A stretch of DNA of 64,000 nt, taken from Naegleria gruberi (lineage: Eukaryota). The translations under genes and the position numbers were made by a program. This document shows, in pieces, positions 1 to 11,141 of this stretch (the stretch's first letter is position 1; each line of letters starts with the position of its first letter). A model generated the notes under the pieces. The model did no database searches and had not been told where the DNA came from. It saw only the letters and a list, made by a program, of their open reading frames with translations. The stretch is taken from assembly GCA_000004985.1 (NCBI GenBank), contig GG738924.1. One strand, written 5' to 3'.

Positions 1-914
1 CCCTCCAATTTTCATCGAAGCTTCACCATAACCATTATTCAAATATGGATTAAATGATCGAATCGAAGCCGATGGAAATGGAACAGTCGAATCCAAATGA
101 CACGAAGCAATTAAAGTTCTATACGGAAACATTTTCAAAACTTTCACATAATCTGAATCTGGCAAACTCATTCTATAAAGCAATGATTCCTCAATTGAAT
201 TTCCATCATTTAAAATCAATTCCTTTCCAGTTTTTCCAAGAATTGAAAGAAAAGTATGAGCTGCTATTCTGTACGCTGAGCCGAAATAGTTTCCACCTCC
301 TGGTCTTCTAGAACCCAAATGTGGAGTTGAAATTGTTGTAAAGCTCTTTGAAAGTTGGTGAAATTTGTAAATATTCGAAACTTACACATGGAACTAAATG
401 AGGGAAAATATCATCTACGAAATGTTTCGAATATTCTGGGAGTAAATCATGTGATTTTTCATTATTTGGTAGATCGTATAACAATTTGATGAAATATCTT
501 CCGATTAATCCTCCAAGAGAATGTCCAATTATACTCAATTTCAATTTCTTTCCATTCGAAAGTAAAGACGAAACCTTTCTTTCATAAATAATTTTCAAAA
601 CTTCCTTCAATACATTCACTCCCAAACTTTCAATGCCATCAGCTGTTTTCCCTTCATTACAAGCACAATCAATAATCTTTCCGATATTCAAATTAATTAA
701 AAAATTGAATTAAACTTACAATGGCATGTTCCGAATCTTTATTCGAATCATCATTATATAATTCTTTTAATTTCTGTGCAATAAAGTGAAAATCTTGTTG
801 TTTTCCATGCAAGCCATGAATCAAAATGTACAAATCACAATGTTTCACAATATTTTCTTCTTGTTCGAAACTATTCGTTTCCGTTACTTGATATTCAATC
901 AAATCTTCAAACAT
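1..914 (-). CDS. Putative serine esterase/lipase of the DUF676 (alpha/beta-hydrolase) family. It is a 3-exon gene that runs off the window start: exon1 720..914, intron 677..719, exon2 386..676, intron 346..385, exon3 1..345 (partial).
   Basis: Exon1 starts at ATG 914 and encodes HGLHG; exon2 encodes the GHSLGG nucleophile-elbow motif. Both introns start GTAAGT and end AG, and both keep the frame. Exon3 is a 115-codon stop-free frame to position 1 with a D..VP.PSASI motif typical of the DUF676 C-terminus. The ORF track splits the gene into 693..914 and 308..691. The + strand ORF 54..311 is antisense to exon3. Confidence 0.7.
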
Positions 915-1463
915 TTTTTAAATTGTTTTCCAATACACGTGTTTAATACACATCAACACTCTATTAATAATTGCAAACACTCCTAATCCAATCAAAAAAC
1001 CAATTATAAGAAATTTCTTATTTCATTCCACATTGAATGGAATTAGATTTTTTTTTAATGTGGAGGATTGAAAAATGGCTTAATTGTTATAAAATTTTGA
1101 TGCAAGGCTTGGGGCTGTTACTTGATGAAAAAGCAATGCGAAACAACAAATGATCATAGAAACCTTTCAGGTGGTCCATTCTATTCACAGTACAATTTTA
1201 AATTGTTCAATTGTTAAATTCATTACAAATGAAGGTAATTTCCACATGCACCCATTGACACTTCTTTAATTAGAATTTATCGTGCTACACCCAAATATGA
1301 AAAGGAGCGGCAAAATTTTAACACAATATTTGTAATGCAAGGTGACATTCCATTCGATAGTGCAATTTTCATTGGGGAAGGATTATTCATCATTGTTATT
1401 CACCGGTGAAAATTCATGTTACTCTTTAATGATTATTTTTGTAATTCTCAATAGAAAAAAAAC

Positions 1464-2474
1464 ATGTTACTTGGATTGACTGAAGATTATTCGATTTTGT
1501 TGAGAGTGTTTGGATTTTTACCCTTTCAGCATGTAGTGAGAGTGTACTCGGTGGTGTGTAAGCAATGGCATTGCATTTCACTCATGCAAAGTCACTCAAC
1601 TTTGACATTGAATTGGACACGTGACACTGGTCCACATGGAACTGACATGCACGAACGAATGCAAGCATTATCTAACACTCCAATGTTAGCATGTGTTAGT
1701 AGTTTGGATTTGAGTAATAACTTACTTGGAGATGCATGTATTTACATGTTGTGTGAAAGTCCATTTGCATGTAACTTGACGAAACTAAACTTGTCAAGGA
1801 ATGAACTTTCGAATAATGGAGTTTCATATCTTACATCTACTCCATTTCTAGCAAACTTACAAGAATTGAATTTGGAAGGAAATAGAATTTCATCTGAAGG
1901 TTTACAATCAATTTCTGAATGTTCCTTCATGTCAGGATTGAAAACTCTGAATTTAAATCAGAATTTGATAGACGAAAGTGGAGTAATTGCACTCTCGCAT
2001 AGTCCCTACATGTCATGTCTAACGAATTTGAGTTTAAATGTAAATAATATTCGAAACCTAGGTGTAAAGTCAATTAGTTCAAGTATTTTTTTGGCAGATT
2101 TGCAAATTTTGAGTTTATCAGGATGTGGATTGGATAATGAGGATGTAAAATGGATTGCAAATGGGATGATGACTAATTTGGTGGATTTGGATTTGTCTGA
2201 CAATTTGATTAGTGATGTGAGTTCACTTGCAAGTTATTCGAAACTGATGAGATTATCAAAATTGAATCTGAAAGGAAATTATATTATTGAAAAAGATGCT
2301 CTGGTGATTCTCACATCGAATAGTTTATCAAACCTTACTCAATTAAACTTGAGTTGTAATTGTATTGCAAATATAGAAGAAATAAGAAACATTTCGAATA
2401 GTAATAAGAAACTACAAATCGATTTGCAAGATAATGATCCAGTTCGATCATTGCTTCTTGGTGATAATCTTTAA
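1464..2474 (+). CDS. F-box/LRR-repeat protein (F-box-like N-terminus followed by RNI-type leucine-rich repeats)
   Basis: 336-aa ORF with ATG at 1464. N-terminal LLRVFGFLPFQHVVRVYSVVCKQW F-box-like motif. Repeated LxxLxLxxNxL units (LDLSNNLLGD, LNLSRNELSNNG, LNLEGNRIS, LNLNQNLID and so on). Confidence 0.8.
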   Translation: MLLGLTEDYSILLRVFGFLPFQHVVRVYSVVCKQWHCISLMQSHSTLTLNWTRDTGPHGTDMHERMQALSNTPMLACVSSLDLSNNLLGDACIYMLCESPFACNLTKLNLSRNELSNNGVSYLTSTPFLANLQELNLEGNRISSEGLQSISECSFMSGLKTLNLNQNLIDESGVIALSHSPYMSCLTNLSLNVNNIRNLGVKSISSSIFLADLQILSLSGCGLDNEDVKWIANGMMTNLVDLDLSDNLISDVSSLASYSKLMRLSKLNLKGNYIIEKDALVILTSNSLSNLTQLNLSCNCIANIEEIRNISNSNKKLQIDLQDNDPVRSLLLGDNL

Positions 2475-2826
2475 TTGAAACTCTCCTAATTAGAATGTAT
2501 TCAATAAAAAATGATGATATGTTTGTAAGATAGTTCAATTTATGAATGAATTCAGCATTATAGAGTGTGATTCTTTCTATTAACCTTGTCATAGGTAAGA
2601 TTCAAGCAGAGCCAAACATAGACAGATCTGGCCTTTTCTTCAATATTATCAAAAGGGCGTGCATTTCTAGCATGAGCATCAGCAAGTTCGTAATTTCTCA
2701 AGGTTTTAAATGGTATTGTTAATGTTAAATTTAATGACAATTTTCTTATCTTTGCTTATCGATATTCTCTTTTAAAGCCAAATAAGTGCAATCAAACAAT
2801 TAACATTGCTTAATGATATCTACAAT

Positions 2827-4584
2827 TTATTGTTGGTTTTTCATCAATTTACCTTTAACATAATCAAATGTTTTTGGAAAGAATCCTTGTTCCTCACTAT
2901 TTGGCTTTACATAAGCATCATAGATTCCATGTAAAACTTCATAAATGTCAGCAACGGTAAAGTTGTAATCTCTCACAAAATCCACAAAATCTTGCATTTT
3001 TTCTGAGATTTCCTTCTCTCCAAAAGTGTAATAATGTAATGGTTTCATGGCAATTGAAGCGGAAATAAATTGAATAATAAACTTGAGCTCCTTATCACAC
3101 AAGAATGCACCACAACCCCAATGTCCAGTACTAATCTTTTCATAAATTTCCAAATCATATAATTCCTTATCAACATGACAAAAGGCAGAGTAGGCCTTTG
3201 TAATTTCTCTATCAATGTGTTCAACTTGCCATTGTTCCAACAAATTGTAACGTGTATAATATTTGGAATCAAATGCCACAATTTGTGAGTTGAAAGACAA
3301 TAAATTTCCATCATACAGTTGTTCATAGTCCTTATCCTGATAATCTCCACCATAGAGCAATGATTTGGCATATCCTTTGTGTGTACTGAATTGTTCAGAT
3401 CCTACAATGAGAATAGATTCATTGTCAGCCATTCTTTCAATAAATAAACGAGAGACAATAGTTTCAGGACTCAATACAAATCTAATTTCCTCTTGTACTG
3501 CACCTGCTCTCAATACACCACCTCCAATATACATATTGGCAAAATCAGCATGTAAAGCTTGTGGACAATCTTCAATAGATCCCTCTGGGTGGATTTGCAT
3601 TTCAGAAAATGTACTTCCTTCCTCATCAGCACTTGCCAACAAAAGTGATTCAATATGGGTTGGATCTACTATCTTTCTAATGAAATGAACATAGCCCATT
3701 CTTGCAATTTCTTCATATCCTCTCTCAGAAAGTCTTTCAAAGTAGTGAATAATCATCAAGAGCTTGCTAGCACTTGCTTCGTGTGGATTATTGATCAATG
3801 AATCCAAATTAATGCTTGGCATGAATAAATGAGGACCATCTCTAGTGTCTCCAATTCTTGGGAAGGTACAGAAAAAGCTGTTTGCTAAAATACAAGCACA
3901 TTCCAATTTGGATAATTTAACACACTTGGAATCAAGTTGAAAAGGTAATTGGTTCAAATCTCCAAGAATAGGCAGCATACCACCATTCTCCTGAATGGTA
4001 GAATGCTTCTGGCTAGAATGGTTGTACAGTTCAGTTTTAGCTCTTGGACCTAAAATAATTGGTGTATCCAAAACAAGTTTCTTGATAAACTCGACAGTCT
4101 CAAAAAACTTGCTTCTTCCTTCCCAAACTTGTCCACATGATGATCCCAACAAGTAGGTCAAATTATTTTCCGCACTGATCACAAATTCATTAAATCCACT
4201 CTTTGATCCCTTCTCAGTTGATCCGTAGACAATATTTTGTACAGTTCTCAAAGTCTCACACAGAATACCTTCATCATTAATATCAGTGCCATACAACAAT
4301 TCGCTCACTTCATTCCAATAGGCATTCATGTGTGGTAAATTTACAAAATTAATCCTTCTATTATCACTCACAAATTCCCTCTGATTGCCTCTCCGATGAG
4401 ATTGAGATGATGATGATTGGTGTGATGATTGTTGCTGTTGTTGTTGATAGTATGTTTCATCTTTCTTTTTACGACCCGATGATCGAGTAACGTGTTTTCC
4501 AGAGTGAGCATTTTCCGAATAGTTTGATCCCTTCGAGTAGAAGGCATCACCACCTCCATTATCAAAGTTGTTTCTTCTTGGCAT
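2827..4584 (-). CDS. PARG: Poly(ADP-ribose) glycohydrolase (PARG)
   Basis: 585-aa ORF with ATG at 4584. Contains the PARG catalytic signature GGGVLRAGAVQEEIRF (GGG-x-QEE) and the downstream TGHWGCGAF motif. Confidence 0.88.
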   Translation of the reverse strand: MPRRNNFDNGGGDAFYSKGSNYSENAHSGKHVTRSSGRKKKDETYYQQQQQQSSHQSSSSQSHRRGNQREFVSDNRRINFVNLPHMNAYWNEVSELLYGTDINDEGILCETLRTVQNIVYGSTEKGSKSGFNEFVISAENNLTYLLGSSCGQVWEGRSKFFETVEFIKKLVLDTPIILGPRAKTELYNHSSQKHSTIQENGGMLPILGDLNQLPFQLDSKCVKLSKLECACILANSFFCTFPRIGDTRDGPHLFMPSINLDSLINNPHEASASKLLMIIHYFERLSERGYEEIARMGYVHFIRKIVDPTHIESLLLASADEEGSTFSEMQIHPEGSIEDCPQALHADFANMYIGGGVLRAGAVQEEIRFVLSPETIVSRLFIERMADNESILIVGSEQFSTHKGYAKSLLYGGDYQDKDYEQLYDGNLLSFNSQIVAFDSKYYTRYNLLEQWQVEHIDREITKAYSAFCHVDKELYDLEIYEKISTGHWGCGAFLCDKELKFIIQFISASIAMKPLHYYTFGEKEISEKMQDFVDFVRDYNFTVADIYEVLHGIYDAYVKPNSEEQGFFPKTFDYVKGKLMKNQQ

Positions 4585-4754
4585 TTTTTTTTGTATTTTC
4601 TTGTTTTGTAAAATCTCAATTCTATTAATACAAATTTCTTTATTAAATTCCTAAATTGACAATCAATAAATTGTAATTAGAAATTTCATCATGTTTACTA
4701 CAAGTTCAATATAAAGAAGAGGGAGTGAAAAATAATCAAGTGAGTGCAAATTTT

Positions 4755-7700
4755 TTATTCTTTATTTTCTCGCAAAGTCCAAATTTTCTTGGATTTACTG
4801 AATCTTGCAATCTTTTGTAAAAGTTCTTTAAAGTAAATGACATCATCTCCTGTAATATAACTAAAATGCTTTCTTACTTCATCAGTTGTGGCTTTTCCAC
4901 GTTTTTGGAAAAAGGAAACAATGTTATCCACCATTTTGTTTGAACTTTTGTAAACTGGTTTGAGTTCATCAGCCAAATCATTTACATTATTTACAGATCT
5001 AGGTTGATCGCTCATAATATCTTGTTTCTTTCTAATGTTTGCCAAAAGTACAGACGATGCTAATCCACCTTTTGGATTGGTACCACTACTACTTCCCAAA
5101 GCAGATACCCTGAGCCCTCCTAATCCATTTTGTCCTGTGAAAGTTGGTACAGATAAAGGCATGCTTTTTCTTAATTCTCCTGATTTTTTTAATTCCTTAA
5201 CAGCAATTTCAGCTATTTGTTTTGCTTGTTTTTCCAAAATTGATGTTTCAGAACTGGTAGTATTCACAACAGAGTCATGATTGAAAATACTTTTAACAGA
5301 CTTTTCGTCAAATAAGCATTGCAAAATATAAGTCTCATCCTTTTTTGAGTCATCTTCTGAGCCCTTGAATTTTTCTACACGATATTCCACATCTTTCTTC
5401 TTCTTCTTAATTGTTGGCATGTCTTGCCTTAAAATTTCACTATTCGAGAACAAATTACCAGTCTCTGTATTCTCTTCATCATCGTCATAAGGAATAGATT
5501 TGTTGCCATTCTTTCTTCTCACAGAGTCATATTCTTTACCAAGAGTAAATAACTCATAAAGATCATTGGACTTGAAAAATCTCTTTTGTCTAGGATCCTT
5601 GAGAACCTTATTCGAAAGAAATTGTTTGAAAATTTGTCTATGATACATCTTCTCTTCAATAGTACCACTTGTCATCAATCTGTAAACAGTAACTTGTTTA
5701 GTTTGACCCAATCTCCATGCTCTTTCGAGAGCTTGAAGATCTGTGGATGGATTCCAGTCAGGATCGAATAAAATAATTCTATTTGCACCAATTAAATTCA
5801 CACCCAATCCTCCTACCTTTGTTGTTAGTAAAAACACAAAGATTTTGTCATCACTATTGAATTGATTAATCAGTACGCTTCTCTCCTTTACAGGAGTGTC
5901 GCCATCCATTCTAGAATAGGTATAGTCTCGTTCTTGTAAAAATGGTTCAAATACATCTAACATTTTCTTACTTTGAGAAAAGAGTAATACTCTATGATTT
6001 TGTTCCTTCCAAAGACTCAATAGCTTTTCTACAACCATCATTTTACCTGACTTTTCTACTGCACCAAAATCATCAGGTTTCTTCTCAGTACATATCAAAT
6101 CAGGATGATTACAAACTTTTCTGAGATTAGTAATGGCTTTGAAAAGTAAATGTTCTCCATCAAGGGTTCCAGTAACTTCTCTACTCTTCAAATATTCATC
6201 ATATATCTTAACTTGTTTGTCTGTCAATTTACAAAAAATTACATTTTCCTTCTTTTCAGGTAATTGATGCTTTACATCTTTCTTCATTCTTCTTAAAAGA
6301 TATGGCTTGATTAAATCTCTCAGTACACATGAACATTTGTAAGCTGTTTGTACTTGAAATTTGGTTGCATTCGAATAACCACCCTGTGTGATAGGAATTG
6401 AAAATTGGGTGAGAAATACTGGAAGAGTTCCGAGCTTTCCAGGATAACAAAAATCAAATAGTGACCAAAGCTCTTTCAAATTGTTTTGAATTGGTGTACC
6501 TGTCAAAATAATTCTGTGTGGTGTTTCAAATCTTTTACATGCTAATGTTAAGGCAGCATCAGGATTTCTAATCTTGTGACCCTCGTCCAAGATAATATAT
6601 CCCCACTTTTTAGAAGTAAGCACGTCTTGATAAATTCTTAAAGATTCATATGTTGTGATAAGAACACCATTAGGGCAGCTGGAAACCTTCTCTATGAGTG
6701 ACTCGAAATTGGCTTTAGTTCCTTGAGATGTGTGCATAATCACAACTCTAAGCTCTGGCCACCATGTATTAATTTCTTCTTGCCATTGCTTCATTACAGT
6801 TGCAGGTGCAATAATGATAGAAGGTTCGAATAATCCACTAAAGTGAAGTCCAGCAAGGAAAGTGGTAATTTGTACAGTCTTTCCCAATCCCTATAACATG
6901 TTATAAGGATTGAACCAATAAAACTACTTACCATTTCATCTCCCAGTATTCCTCCAACTCCTTGTCTATTCAATTCGCACATCCACTTAAGAGTAGTCTT
7001 TTGATATCCAAATAACTTGTCATAAATCTCTTTAGGGATTGAGTAAGATCCTGCAATTTGTATACTTGGTCCATAATTCACTTTAGTAACTTCCATTTCT
7101 TCGCCTTCATCACTGATTATAAACCTTTTAGTCACTTCTCTTGTTTCATAAAATTCCTCCAATCTCTTTTTATAGTATTCATCATTCGAATCGTCCTCTT
7201 TAAATTCCTTTTTCATTGGTACTTTTTCTTCCTCTTCTTCCTCTTCTTCCTCGTCATCCTCTTGATTTTCCTCATCATCTACATAATCTTCATCATCTTC
7301 GTCCTCCTTCTTGATTTTCTTTGGTTTTTTATTCTTATCTTGTTCTGGAGCCTTTCGTTTACCTGGTTTAGGCAATTGAAAATATCATTGGCTTCATTAG
7401 AAGGCATATTATCAAACGGAGTAATGATACCTGTTCTAATTAATCTTTCTCTTTCCGATTCATTATTATCATTATCAATTACATTTAATGATTCTCTAAT
7501 TTCTCTTCTATCTTCCAATTCTTCGATCATTTCGTCTTTCTTATCCAAGAGAGTTGCAATTTTCTTCTTCAAACTCTTTATTTTCTTTTCATCACTACTC
7601 GAAAGTGATGATCGTTTATTCAACTCTTTTAATTCCTTTTCATACTTTTCGATTTTTGCATTTAATTTATCAATTCTGCTGTGTTCCTTTTTTTCTAATA

Positions 7701-7929
7701 CTTTTTGATTTTCTTCAATTTGTTTATTCACTTCATCCATAACATTCTTTTCAATGTCTTCGGTTCTGAAGGCAGACACTCCCAACATTGATAAATCGTC
7801 TTCGGATGGTCCAACCGACCGAAGTGATGTATTTTCATGTTGTTCTTGTTGTTCGTGTTCATTTGTTGTTGAATTTCTTCCTGAAGATGATGATGAAGAG
7901 GAAGCTACAGCAGAACGACTGCGCAGCAT
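4755..7929 (-). CDS. ERCC6/Rad26 (CSB)-like SNF2-family DNA-dependent ATPase. Exon1 is 7363..7929 and the tentative intron 7319..7362 (GTAAAC..AG, 44 nt; the alternative is a +/-1 frameshift). Exon2 is 6932..7318, the intron 6891..6931 (GTAAGT..TATAG) and exon3 4755..6890.
   Basis: ATG at 7929. The N-terminal coiled-coil and TPFD motif are followed by an acidic stretch. The 41-nt intron splits the Walker A codons, so that GGILGDEM|GLGKTVQI is restored on splicing. DEGH box ([10 protein letters not shown]). HELICc region [45 protein letters not shown]. The ORF track shows three pieces: 7279..7929, 6794..7375 and 4755..6887. Confidence 0.85.
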
Positions 7930-8139
7930 TTTTTTTCTTGGTTTTGGCGTACTTGAACATTTTTATTTTTGGGTTACAAAATACACTTCGAATTTTCGCT
8001 GGAACTCAAAGAAAATTTGCAGTAATCGGTGGTTTCACACTTTAAAAAAAAACGAGTTCTCATTCCAACAAGTAACACCCACGCAGTTGTTGTAGTTTGG
8101 AAGAGGAACTTTGAGATTTTTGCAAAAAAAAACAAAAGT

Positions 8140-8174
8140 GGAGTCATAGGGAATCGAACCCTAGACCTTCTGCA

Positions 8175-8205
<31 letters not shown>

Positions 8206-8211
8206 AACCCC
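8140..8211 (-). tRNA. tRNA-Ala (anticodon UGC)
   Basis: The reverse complement reads GGGGTTATAGCTCAGTTGGTAGAGCGTCTGCTTTGCATGCAGAAGGTCTAGGGTTCGATTCCCTATGACTCC. It is a cloverleaf with a G3:U70 Ala identity pair, anticodon loop CTTGCAT carrying TGC, T-loop GGTTCGATTCC and A73. A T-run terminator on the minus strand lies just 3' (+ strand 8120-8137). Confidence 0.9.
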
Positions 8212-8336
8212 TTCTTGACTCTTTCTTAAAAATCGCCATAAGTTAATATCATATCATTTTTACAAAACTTTTTTTTTTGTTTATTTATTAAATAAACCAG
8301 AAATAACACATTGTACTATTGAATTGAAATTTAGAT

Positions 8337-9763
8337 TTATAATTTGGAAATGATGGATTCTATCTTTTGATTAAATTGTGGTCTATCATTCTTTTGATCA
8401 AAACGAATAAGATGGGAGACAAATTCTGGTTCCTTGGCCAACTCTTCAGCAGATAATTGCTCACACAATTGACTCTTGTGGACTGGGAAAATGATTGATT
8501 GTTCTTGGAGTGGTGTGAATTTCATACCCTTAATAATTTTACAATTGAGAATAAGCTTGAATACTGAGTCTGTTCTCATTACCATACGAGCATTCTTTTC
8601 ATCATCCTTTCTTACGTTTAATCTCAATGAACCAACACCTCTTTGTTGCCATGATGACTTTCCATCAACTACAACAGTTCTATACAACTTGGCAAGTTTG
8701 AATTCTCCCACAACAATTTCTCCCTCTTCTCCAGACTTGATTTCAACAGCAGGAAGATCAATAATTTTGTGACTAGTGGCTCTTGATGGCGATTCTGGAA
8801 TGGATGGATCTTCGGAACCGTCTTCTTCTCCATCTTCACTTTCCTTTGGCTTGTATTCTTGATTGGTCCAAGTTGGTGGTTTGCTACTAATTTCAAATTT
8901 GAATTGGCTTTCACCTGTTGAACCTCCGAATGGACTAGAGAAGGATGAAAATCCACCAAATGAGAATTTACCTGATTCACTTGATGCTGTTGAAGAGCCA
9001 TTATTAAAATTAAAGTTGAAAAGTGGTTTCTTTTCTTCTTCCTTCTTTTCTTCAACCTTTGGTTCAGGTTTCTTTTCCTCTTCCTTCTTTTCTTGTGGAA
9101 CGACTGCTGCTGTTGGTGTAATTGTGACAGGCTTTGTTTCAACAACAGGAGTTGTGACAGCTGCTGGAGTTGGGAATGTAACTGGAGTAGTTTGCTTTGG
9201 TTGATTGAAAGAGAATGCAAATCCACCGGTTGAAGGAGCTGATGACTTTTCTTGTAATTGTTTCTTCAATGTCTCAGTTTGGTTTTCCAAGTCTTTAACT
9301 CTCTTTTCCAATTCCTTGATAATATTATCCTTAGGATCAGTGGTAGCTGCTGGTTGATTTCCAAAAACAAATCCTCCTGTTGTTGTTGGTGCTGATGTAG
9401 TGTTACCGAATGTCCAAGCCATTTTAGGTGGTTCGGATGTTGTTGAAGACAATCCAGATGCATTTGTTTGTGGAAGAACAAAATTGAATCCTCCTGTGGC
9501 AGGTGTTGATGTAGTTGGTTGTTGTGGATTCTTCTTCTTGGCAACAATTTTTCTGTGTTTTTATGATTGTTCAATTAAATTGTTGTAGATTAAAGATGTA
9601 ATTATGTTGTTATCCACATCAATACATTAGATTGCAATAAGTTTGAATGTAAATAATCCTATGTGATGAACACTTACTTCCTTGACTTGATTTCATCTTC
9701 ACTAGCCTTTTCAAAAGAACCGGCTTCAACAACTTCTTCCTCTCTATTAATGTTATTGTTCAT
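8337..9763 (-). CDS. Nup50/Nup2-like nucleoporin (N-terminal importin-alpha-binding segment, FG repeats, C-terminal Ran-binding domain). Exon1 is 9678..9763, the intron 9553..9677 (GTAAGT..ACAG, 125 nt) and exon2 8337..9552.
   Basis: Exon1 from ATG 9763 encodes MNNNINREEEVVEAGSFEKASEDEIKSRK, and splicing appends KIVAKKKNPQQ (a Nup50-type N-terminus). Several FG/GGF repeats follow (GGFVFGNQ, GGFAFSFNQ, FSFGGFSSFSSPFGG). The C-terminal RanBD reads EGEIVVGEFKLAKLYR..WQQRGVGSLRLNV..ARMVMRTDSVFKLILN. The ORF track starts at an alternative TTG (9452). Confidence 0.8.
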
Positions 9764-10179
9764 TGTATGATGATGAATTATTGTTGTTGTTATACAAAAA
9801 AAGATATTGTTGATGTTTTAATTTCATTATACATTCATCCGTACATGTTAAATACAAAAGATTAGCAACAATTTAATAGAATTGGTATTGAAACTCTACC
9901 TATCAAGGTCGTTTTCAGTGATTTGATATTCGTTGCTTCTCTTGGACATTTTTTTTGCTTCAATTTGTTTTCTCTTGTGGTTTTTCTTGTTGTGTTCAAT
10001 ATCTAAAGGAAATTCCTCGGATGGGAATTTTATTGCAAACCTCCATAAGCTGAAAGAAGAAGCAAGAAAAAGGTTAGTTTCACTTTTCATTCATCATCAT
10101 TTCATAATTAATAATATTATCAAACTGAACAGATTGTGAACAGGATTTGAAAAATAATAAAAAAATAAATATTTAAAAA

Positions 10180-10743
10180 ATGAGTAAACTTGCAAAGGTC
10201 GGAGAACAGTCATTCAACAAGATAGACAAGATCAACTCTGAATTACTTGCCATGACTTATGGCTCTCTTGTAACACAAATGTTGAAGGATTTTGAAGATG
10301 TTGCTGCTGTGAATACACAATTGGAAAAGATGGGATACAAGATGGGTATGAGACTCATCGATGAGTTCATGTCAAAGAGTGGTTTAGGATCGGGTGCATG
10401 TCGGGAGTTTAAAGACACTGCGGAATCTATTGCTAAAGTTGCTTTTAAAATGTTTTTAGGAGTGAATGCCAATATCACCAATTGGTCAAAGGATCAATCA
10501 GAATATAGTCTTGTCTTTGATGAAAATCCATTGAACGATTTTGTGGAATTACCAGAAAATATCAAACAAAAACGATTGTATTATTCTAATATTATTTGTG
10601 GAGTTATCAGAGGTGCTTTGGAAATGGTTTTGATGCGTGTTGATTGTGAATTTAGAAAATGTCCATTGTTAGGTGATGATCAATCTGAAATTCGTGTGAG
10701 ATTGAAGGAATATTTACGTGAAACTGTTCCAGCAGAAGATTAA
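10180..10743 (+). CDS. BET3: TRAPP complex subunit Bet3 (TRAPPC3)
   Basis: 187-aa ORF with ATG at 10180. Near-colinear with Bet3/TRAPPC3 (LTYGSLVTQMLKDFEDV..LEKMGYKMGMRLIDEF..IAKVAFKMFLGV..NWS..FVELPE..YSNIICGVIRGALEMV). Confidence 0.9.
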   Translation: MSKLAKVGEQSFNKIDKINSELLAMTYGSLVTQMLKDFEDVAAVNTQLEKMGYKMGMRLIDEFMSKSGLGSGACREFKDTAESIAKVAFKMFLGVNANITNWSKDQSEYSLVFDENPLNDFVELPENIKQKRLYYSNIICGVIRGALEMVLMRVDCEFRKCPLLGDDQSEIRVRLKEYLRETVPAED

Positions 10744-11141
10744 TAACAACAACAACAACATGATCAATAGATTTGTGTGGACACGTATTTTGTAATTTAT
10801 ATTATTTAATTGTAAATTTTAATAACATTGAAGCTTTAACGAATTGATAATGCAGGATTATTTATATCATCATCATCATCTTTGTTTCATCAATATTCAT
10901 TTTCTAATTGACTATAGTATTCATTCATCTTTTCATATATCCCATTCAAAGGAAAGGCTAAATGCTTGGGATTTAATAGTTCCTCCTCTCTTCAACATGT
11001 TGTATTTATCAATAATTGAAACAAGCCTTTGATTTCACTGCTCTGAGGAAATTCTCACTCGACCTTATCAATTTTTACTACAGAAAAAAAACATCAAACG
11101 AGACTTCCACCACCGATTGAATTCATTCAACATGTTCTTCA

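Noticed and set aside
54-311. 85-aa + strand ORF at the window start
   Set aside because: It is antisense to the stop-free third exon of the minus-strand DUF676 esterase gene, which has a conserved family motif. No independent support exists.
7058-7708. 216-aa + strand ORF, extremely Phe/Leu/Ile-rich
   Set aside because: It is the reverse-strand shadow of the acidic (GAA/GAT-rich) region of the Rad26-like gene. Its composition is low-complexity, not protein-like.
8669-9226. ORFs 8669..9226 (-), 8863..9204 (+), 8476..8772 (+) and 9266..9574 (-) overlapping the nucleoporin gene
   Set aside because: They are alternative-frame or antisense shadows inside the FG-repeat/RanBD coding region. The RanBD/FG frame is the conserved one.
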